Translations under genes and position numbers: made by a program
The notes under the pieces: model-generated
What the model saw: only the letters and a program-made list of their open reading frames with translations
The model's database searches: none
Told to the model about the DNA's origin: nothing
Shown here: positions 55,536 through 64,000 of the stretch, piece after piece
Layout of the letters: each line of letters starts with the position of its first letter
How positions within the stretch are numbered: position 1 is the stretch's first letter
Source of the DNA: Eledone cirrhosa
Lineage: Eukaryota
Direction of reading: 5' to 3'
Assembly: GCA_964016885.1 (NCBI GenBank)
Contig: OZ024749.1
Span: forward strand, 53,816,001 to 53,880,000
Length of the DNA stretch: 64,000 bases

Positions 55536-57604
55536 GCACGTTTTCCAATACTTGTGTTATATATTTTCATAGCTTGACACCATTATTACATTGCAACTAA
55601 CTCCCCACCCTTACAGTTCTCGCAGCTTCAGTCACTCCTTACCTTCCATATATACCTGCCAAACATTAGTGTATTTATTTGGTAACCATGCCTGCTGCAG
55701 GTACACTGCAGTATGCGTGTGCGTGTGTGTGTGTGCGTAATTAGAAATATCTAAGACATGCCTTGTCGTTTGTTATCTCTGTTGCAAACCATACCAGAGT
55801 CTGGTAAGGGATGTCGACTATGAAGCAGTTTGTACACGATACTAGTAACAGGCAGAAACCTGACCTAACCATACCAGTGTCTGGTGAAGGATGCTGACCA
55901 CTTGACCATGAAGCTTGACCATAATAACATTGTAAAAATCTATCAATAACATTTCTTCTACTTCTTCAAGTGGAGGAAAGACAATACAAAGCATAAAATG
56001 ATTTTATCATCTGATAAGAACACCAACTTGACTTGATAGCCAGAGGAAGATCTCGCTGGCAGTGGACTGATGGACTTGTAGACATGCTCTACACCTACAG
56101 CATGACACTACTACAGGCCTAACACCATGTTTTAGACTGTCAACTTTATCTCTTAACACAACACGATACCGACACAGCATGACACATTCCCCCTGAAAGT
56201 AGCACTTACACATTACCCCACCACCCAAGAAAAAGTACTTGAGATATTAGAGATAATACATTGCTTTCTTTTGTATTAAGAAATATTCTATATTTATAAA
56301 AAGGACAGAGAACAAACTTACACTATAATACAGGAAAGAGGTATACTCGTACAAGAGTGTGTCTAAGTAGCAAAATAGCCTGAATTGAAAACCTGAAAGG
56401 TCACATATTCAAAACCTGCTTTGCCCTGCCACGTGTATTCAGTCCCATATGGAGATCAGTTAGTTAGATAAAGTAACAATAGTAGTTACTTAACACCAAG
56501 CAACCATGTTGAAAATCAATCCCCTATCCAAATTTATTAAGGGTTTAGTGTTAAAAGAAAAAAAAGTTATTTTTCTGCTTGTCCAAAAATTAATAAATAT
56601 TTAAAATTAATAAAATCCCTCATCAAAAAGATTTAGTTTTAAATGATTTTAATAAATGCTTTTGTCTTTTCTAGTGTTCCCGTTTAGTTTTTTGTTGTTT
56701 CTTTTTTTCCCTCACCTCTCATATAATCAATAAACAATATTTTTTATTTCTTATCTTGCTGAATACAAATCAATATAAAAACTAGATACAAGAAACATAA
56801 TTCACACCATACTTGCTATAATACAAACAGCCCCTCCAAATACTTGTGTAACATAATTCACATATATTGTTTGCTACAATACAAACAGCCCCTCCAAATA
56901 CTTGTGTAACCACTCAAACATTGAGACATCATATTTGACATGCTATTAGAGCTACCTGATTCAGAAAACACAGTTTAAGTGGAATGTTGGCAGAATCAAT
57001 CTCGCTAGTCTCAGAGGGTAATCAAGATTTTATTTTTTATTTGATCGATCGACAAGATCCCAGAACTCGTTCACTTATTGGGTAGGGTGGGACTTGTCAA
57101 ATCAAACCAAGGAAACAATGTTTCCATTGGTCTTTCCATTGCTGATACTATCTACCAGTCACAACGTCTGGCAGAGAAAATAAAATAAAATGTCTTGCTC
57201 AAGGATATAACACAAATACATGAGACAACTCTGAACATGTTTATTATGTCCATAATGAGGATATTTACTAAGGCTGAATAAACTTAGAGTTGTCTTTCTT
57301 ACTTGATGAAATGATTAAAACACTACCAGTTATTTAGCTAATGTGTTTCTATTTGGTTAATAGCTTGGCAGCTTAACTTCTTAACCAGAAATTCCTTCAT
57401 TAAACAATCTAGTTGTGTTCTGTTTACTCACTAACAATACATAAAATATCAAACACAATCAACAGTTTAGTTTGTGATGTCATTAGAATTATTTCATTTT
57501 CCCATATGGCTGTTTTGTCTCAAGTAATGGGTATAGTTAATAAAATAGCAACCATCGTCATCATCAAATGTTCGTCTTCCCTGCCAGCAGGGATTGGACA
57601 AGTC

Positions 57605-57778
57605 TTCATGGTATGGAAACCTGGATAAGCACTGTCTGATGAGTTGCCAGGCTCAAGATAAGAGTTTAACCCTGCAATGAACTGGTGTTCTATCCAGGGA
57701 AGAGTCTTGTCAATTCACGGCACGGAAACCTGGATAAGCACTGTCTGATGAGTTGCCAGGCTCGAGACAGACTTTAGA
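57605..57778 (+). mobile_element. Meta-domain SINE tail, duplicated
   Basis: ccctgcaatgaactggtgttctatccaggg...ggaaacctggataagc..ctgatgag. Confidence 0.65.
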
Positions 57779-58230
57779 TAATACAACTCTAGTTTCGGCT
57801 ATTTCTATCACCTTTGAGGATGTTACTGTTTGATCTATGGTTAGTAAAAAGTTAGATTTATGTAAATTAGTTGGCTATTATATTTTTAGTTGCTTAAGTT
57901 GTTGGTTAACTCTCTTTTGTTTGTTTGTTTATTTTGCAGTATTTCTACTGTCCTTGGCTGCAAGGCAATACTGGTCATTAGTCTTTACTGCTGCTAAAAC
58001 AGTTTCAAAACTACTACTACTACTACCACCACTACTGCTGCTACTGCTAGATCTGTTATTGATTCTTTACCGACTGATTTCAAGTTTGTAGACATTATTT
58101 AATATAGCCGCAGCATTGTTCTATCATTTTTCACTGTTCACATTTAATCCAGGCACACTCAGCCATTATAAACCTCTAATGGTGTTACTTTTTACTTTCT
58201 CATTCTCTTAAAACACAAACTATACTCCTA

Positions 58231-58575
58231 TCATCATCACCATTTAACGTCCACTTTTCCATGCTGGCATGGGTTAAACAAGTTATCCTGTTATGAGCAA
58301 TGCCAAGGTCAGGTGACCATGTCTTGCTGATACACAACCAATTTTGGCTTGGTTTCTACTGCTGGATGCCCTTCCTAGCACCAACCTCATTTACAGTGAG
58401 TACTGGGTGCTTTTTGTCGTGACACCTACATGACACATTTTACAGTGAGTACTGGGTACTTTTTGTCGTGACACCTACATGACACATTTTACAGTGAGTA
58501 CTGGGTACTTTTTGTCGTGACACCTACATGACCATTTTACAGTGTGGGCAGAGTGCTTTTTTAGTTGCCTCATAT
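58231..58575 (-). mobile_element. RTE-tail-related SINE with internal roughly 48-bp repeats
   Basis: catttaacgtccacttttccatgctggcatgggtta...gctggatgcccttcctagcacc. Confidence 0.7.
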
Positions 58576-59000
58576 GACACAAAATATATGCTGCACCTAA
58601 CCTAAACCAGATACACACACATACACGTGTGTATGATGGGCTCCTGTAATTTCTGTCTACCAAATTCAACTTCTGAAACATTGGTCAACCCAAAGCTATA
58701 GTAGAAGACACTTGTTTAAAACAGACAGCTGGCCCAAACCCAGAACAATAGTTGTGAAGTAAACTCCTTAACTACACAGCCATGTCTGCCTATATATACA
58801 TATATATATATATACAAGGGTCAGCTGACCAAAATACTCTCATGGAATGACCAAATGAGGTTTATTTTTTCAACAGTCTCTAGAAAGAAACAATGCAGTT
58901 ATTATTAATAAGAAGAAATTAAATGAATGCATGTAAGATTTCACAGCTCTAGCATCACTCCTTCAGAGTCATCCTATGAGCTTTTCAGCCTACCCTCCTA

Positions 59001-59330
59001 CATGATGGCTACCCCCTCGTTATCGAGTATAGCCATTGCACGATATACCATTATTAATAATTATTAATTAATTCTATCGTGCAATGCCTGTGCGTGAAGA
59101 TATTTTTTAAAGTGAGGAAAGACTGTGCACTGAGCCAATCCCACTTTCTGAGCGACTAGCTATAACCCAAAAAGAAGAAAAGATCAACATCATCGGTAAC
59201 TACTGAGCCGCAGGTTTTATATCGGAGTTATCCCAGTTTCCTGAGTTGTCTTCTTCTAGAAGAATGCCCTGACAAAGGCTAGGGGTACTTCACTCCCAGT
59301 GGTTTAACCGCGCGATTGGGTGTCCAGCCC
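59001..59330 (-). mobile_element. Bipartite non-autonomous RTE derivative (related to 9767-10180)
   Basis: Minus strand cccctagcctttgtcagggc...gatgatgttgatcttttcttctttttgg...gcacaggcattgc, then tail atggctatactcgataacgagggggtagccatca. Confidence 0.7.
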
Positions 59331-61159
59331 GGCTATTTCTATGTCCCTGCGCATATACATACACATGCACCCATGTATATACACATATATATACATATGT
59401 ACATGTGTATATACATATTTACACACTTTTGGATGGCCGTTGACTCTTATGAGCTCTTCTGCCCTTTGTTAGGTTTTGTTTTTTGTCTTGCAGTGTGTCC
59501 AAAATCACCCTCCTCACTTAGTGGGGTTGCCAGTTTAGTCGCCGACGACCCGACCATGCGACAGGTTGTACTGGATTACATGTTACCAGTAGCACTCAAG
59601 AGTGACCCAACATACATATGTATATACACACATACATTAAACGATATACGCTTCACATTTATTAAAGAAACTTTCAATTGCCAATCTTTTAATTCATCTG
59701 GTTTTATATACAAACAAACAATAACAATAAAAACAATTTAGATCACTGATTGGTTTCAGTCATTGAACTGGTCTGATGTTATACTAGAGCAACATATTGA
59801 TCTCACTACCTATTTCAATCTATTATCTATTTTATTGATCTCTGTTTGGTAAATTGCTACTTCACAGGACAAAAGCAAAACCAGACATGGACACACACAC
59901 ATTGGCACATTGGATATAAATGGATTTCAAATGTCTCGGGAAAGAATCGCTGGTCTTTAAAACTTCTGAAAGAATTGTTAAACAATTCTTTCAGAAGTAT
60001 ATATATATATACATAAACAATATTACAAATTGCTCACATTTCTTTTAGAATGAAAATATAAACACCAATAACAAACATATATAACAAAGACAATACTATT
60101 TGTTAAATACTTTGTAAAATGTACAAAAATATGCTATTACTTCAATGAAATACCTAGGCAATGCCGGATACTTCTGCTAGCAATTAATAATAATAATAAT
60201 GATGATAATAGAGAGAGAAAAAAAAGAGAAACCAACCAAACCATTCAGTAGAGATCAAGTTTCTTTTCACAATCACTGTATATTGAATGACTGAAGTTCA
60301 CAGTGTCAAATATTTAAAACTAAATTCGGTTTTATATAAATATATTTTAACATTCAAATGAAATAATTTCTGACCTATAAACCAAAACCTGTGATAGAAC
60401 AAGAGTCCAGAAACTGTATTTTCTGGGATTTTCATCAGTTAAACTTAAGTATAGTTTTCTATTGCATGAGTATGTGACAATAGTCACCTTATTTGGAACA
60501 GATACAGGGAAAAAGGTAAGGAAGTCAGCTCTTATGGAGGATCTGTATTTTGGTTTGGTTTCTACGACTGGAAGCCCTTATTAATACCAACCACGCTACA
60601 GTGTGGACTGGGTGCTTTTTGTCATGTCACCAACACGATCACCTTACAGGTTGGACTGTGTGCTTTTGTTATAACACCAACACAACCACCTTACAGGTAG
60701 GACTGGGTACTTTTTGTCATGTCACCAACACGACCACCTTACAGTGTGGACTGGGTGTTTTTTGTCTTGTCACCAACACGACTGGGTGCTTTTTGTCTTG
60801 TCACCAACACAACCACTTTACAAGTTGTTTATATCTAAATAAAAAAACAACAACTTACCCGCTACATGAAACATTTTCCAAACAATAATGTATACACTAC
60901 ATTTTAAAACTTTATAAACTGACTTCTCAAATCCTAGGTAATATTTAAAGCTTAATTTTATATAGATTAATTACTTTATTGATAACTGAGCTAATCCTTC
61001 AACAACTTTCAGACTTCTTACCACGGAGCAATACACAAATTAGTTTGTTAATTAATACTGACATATAGTTGAAGTGATAGTAATTACAGCTACACCTCTT
61101 TTAGCCTGGTTTCTGCTTGAATAACAGACAAACAAAAGTATAATAATAGAGATGTCTCC

Positions 61160-61775
61160 TTTTTCTTCTTCTTGGTTGACCATCGTAAACGATAACATCT
61201 TTATTTTAGTTCCCATCTGCCGTGGGCATGAAGGTGGCTGTGGAGGCCACGTGTGGGTTTGAGACTGGTAACTCCCAGAGGTGACCTCCGCCTTTTGCCC
61301 ATCACCGCAGGGCTTTGGGAGTGCATGCTAAAGAGGAAACCTGTCTGGGAAAGGTTTATAGTGGGAGGGCCAGTGCACAGTGACGGTCCCACTCACTTGG
61401 CCGCAAAAGCCAGAATCCGGTGGTACGGAGGACCGTCACGACCAGGGACTTCCTTGGCTGCAGTGGATGGCCACGATGTCTGTAGTGCCTTGCCGTGCCT
61501 TAGCGCTCCACGCCGCTTGCTGTCGCCGCCTTTGTGACCGTTGGGGCGATGTTGTCCTCCTCCACTCACTCCGCCGGGACCAGTCTTCGCATGCAGGGGC
61601 AGGCACCCCCTATCTAACTCACTGGGGGGTTTCAGACCTGTCCGGCTACCCTCAACCTGGTTTGGCCCGCCAGCCAAGGCGGTTTACCGGGGTGTGGCCA
61701 CTGTCACATGCTACAGCTTCTTGGGGCCACAGGTGAGAGCTGAGTGTCAGGTGGGACCCAATGCAGGACGAGCTG
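61160..61775 (-). mobile_element. Bipartite RTE derivative: long GC-rich RTE 5'UTR plus short 3' tail
   Basis: Minus strand cctgcattgggtcccacctgacac..ctctcacctgtggc..aagaagctgtagcatg..ggccacaccccggtaaa..aaaccaggttgagggta resembles RTE 5'UTRs (from recall); ends tcgtttacgatggtcaaccaagaagaag. Confidence 0.65.
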
Positions 61776-61902
61776 TCATACACATACATATATATACATA
61801 TTTACACATTTTTGGATGGCCATTGACTAATAGAGATGTATATGAAGGCTTATATGGTATGTTTATATATAATAAATATTCATGAGTCTAAAGTGTTTTA
61901 AG

Positions 61903-62395
61903 TGTGGCCTAGTGGTAAGGCTGTTGGACTTACAATCATAAAGTCGCGGGATTTATTATCTCTCATTCCTGGACTGAGTTATGTGTTGTGTTCTTGAGCA
62001 AAACACTTCATTTCATGTTGCTCCAGTACACTCAGCTGAAAATGGGTACCAGCAGCAATAGCTGGGGGGGTTTAACCTTGCCATGGACTGGCGTCCTGTA
62101 CTCTCAGTAGTTTCACACCACAGAAACCGGAGAGAAGCAGCGGCCTGAGGAGCTTCTGGGCTGGGAAAAGACATTCCAGAGTAACATCTTATATTCTGTC
62201 TCTTCATGCCACAGAAACTAGGGATAAACATTGATCTGATGAGCCTCCAAGCTTGAGAGAGAGACTTTAGACCTGTGATGGATTAGCATCCTGTCCAGGG
62301 GGAAGTCTAGTACTCCCAATCACTTCACTCCACTCCACGGAAACCAGGAATAAGAACCGACCTGATGAGCCTCCAAGCTCGAGAGACGGACTTTT
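61903..62395 (+). mobile_element. tRNA-derived Meta/MESC-type SINE with triplicated tail
   Basis: gtggcctagtggtaagg A box, ttgagcaaaacacttcatttc, ccatggactggcgtcctgt..., three agaaacc...ctgatgagc..aagct tails. Confidence 0.75.
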
Positions 62396-63732
62396 TTTTT
62401 TAGAAAACAACACTCCTAATCCTATACACCTCCTCCTGCTTTTCTCACCTCTCACAAAACTACACAAGGTGAAGCTCAGTTAAAATGACTTCTTTTCTGT
62501 CTATTTGTGTGTTTTTTTAAATGTGTTATACATGTAAAGTTATGATACTGACATAAGTTAAACATGTACAAAACTAACAATAGCTAATTCTTTCCCAAGT
62601 AATTAGAAATCTACACCTAAACAAAAAACAAGAATGTACTTATTACTAAAACAATGTTCTCACAAACAATATCTAAACAAAATGATTCAAACTAGATCAT
62701 TATCATTTAACGTCCATCTTCCACTCCAGCATGGGTAGATATTTTTTATAATATATTATATATACACACACACACACAAATACATGTTTACATCAAGTCC
62801 AAACTTCTAGTTTTAAATAACCACATATGTATGTGTATATGAGTAACAAGACTCACTACTTAGCCATATTAAATGACTATTTAAACTCTACTTCGGTATT
62901 GAATACTATTTCCTCTAGTCCGACAACTAAATACGGATATATATATATATAACATAACAAGACATGCAGGAAAATATGGAAATGGAGTGTGTGGAAACTA
63001 AAGGAGCTCTCCATTGAATATAAGTTTAGACAGGGCCTAAGGGATGCAGTTGCCAGCCTGTCAGAAGGTGACCTGGTGGTGGAACAGCTCAATAGATGGA
63101 GCCATCAAAGCCAAGAGACAGGCTTGGAAAGACTGGAAAAATGGGGGTAGCAGAAACTGGTACCCCCATCTTTGGCTTTTATTCACGTATATACAGTAAC
63201 ATTTTTATGTATATTGGAGACTACATTTTTCAAGATTTTATCAGTAAAGGAAACAAAACAGCGAGTTGAAAGGTGAAGGTCAAACAAATCACTTAAGTCA
63301 TTATCTAAACTTCAAGGGATGAAGGGTGGGTGGAATTTGTGTACTTGTTTGGCTTATCAGTTGAGCTGAGACCATGCGTTGAAACTGTAGTAATTACTCG
63401 ATGAAAGAGTCATTTCAACCATTAAAAACACACAAAAACTGTTGTATTCACTCTTATTTCAACACAAATCAAGAGTGAATGTAAATTTTTTTTTATTTTT
63501 TTTTTTTAGGTGTTTTTTAAATGGCTAAAATGACTCTTCCGTGCTGTAATGATTAAAAACAATTTTTGTAGAATGATTTTGAAGGTGCATGGCCTAGTGT
63601 TAAGGGTGCTAGACTTACAATCATAATGTCATGGGTTTCATTTCTGGACTGGGTTGTTCTTGAACAAAACACTTCATTTCATGTTGCTCCAGTACACACT
63701 GCTGAAAATGAGTACCAGCAATAGCTGGAGGT

Positions 63733-63961
63733 TTAACCCTTTAGTGTTTAAACTAGCCATATCCGGCCAGAATTCCCTCACCTCTTTTGGTTCAAACTGG
63801 CCATAACTGGCTGCTTATACTGCTGTTGAGGTATTACTCTCAAAATTAATAATACCAAAATCTCATAGATTTGATATTATGTGAGATAACTATGTGCAGT
63901 AAAGCCTTTACTGTGAAAATATAATAGTATATATAGAGTAATGTGAATACTAAAGAGTTAA
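63733..63961. mobile_element. piggyBac-type MITE inserted at the TTAA of a Meta-type SINE (63585-63736)
   Basis: TTAA-CCCTTTAGTGTT...AATACTAAAGAG-TTAA; interrupts the SINE at ggtttaac, compare 62071. Confidence 0.75.
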
Positions 63962-64000
63962 AACAACACACAATATTTATCAAGAACAAACACTTATTTC

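Noticed and set aside
60859-61040. Possible 5'UTR exon of RNF13 (minus-strand donors near 60858 and 61021)
   Set aside because: Donor motifs alone are insufficient without transcript evidence
61201-61885. GC-rich overlapping ORFs / CpG-island gene
   Set aside because: No recognisable protein motifs; the sequence resembles an RTE 5'UTR
57630-62385. CTGATGAG motifs at 57636, 57745, 62236 and 62362 as hammerheads
   Set aside because: They are the 3' stem-loop of Meta-type SINE tails; no GAAA-stem III-UH in the correct order

Overview
Eukaryotic, AT-rich genomic DNA, most consistent with an octopod cephalopod (huge (TA)n/(TATG)n microsatellites, Nin- and Meta-domain SINEs, RTE LINEs, tandem C2H2 zinc-finger genes). 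Spliced genes reconstructed by hand with GT-AG sites and consistent phase: ALG9 alpha-1,2-mannosyltransferase (minus, 11 internal exons 372-4888, continues left of the window, exon 1 not certain); a 277-aa secreted protein with a PAN/apple-like N-terminus (plus, 5 exons 16501-20733); an RNF13/RNF167-type PA-TM-RING E3 ligase (minus, 10 coding exons 42828-53513). There are also two convergent C2H2-ZNF genes from an inverted duplication (26584-27750 +, 30873-32468 -) and a decayed Merlin/IS1595-type transposase (about 21.8-22.9 kb). The most striking unannotated signal is a dense set of type I hammerhead ribozyme motifs (7 near-intact, several decayed) from at least four unrelated short non-coding elements, most inserted in (TA)n arrays. 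One is a 483-bp tandem-plus-inverted repeat with retrozyme/Penelope pseudo-LTR architecture (14120-15348). Most long ORFs in the supplied track are microsatellite artefacts. There is a 200-N scaffold gap at 5229-5428.
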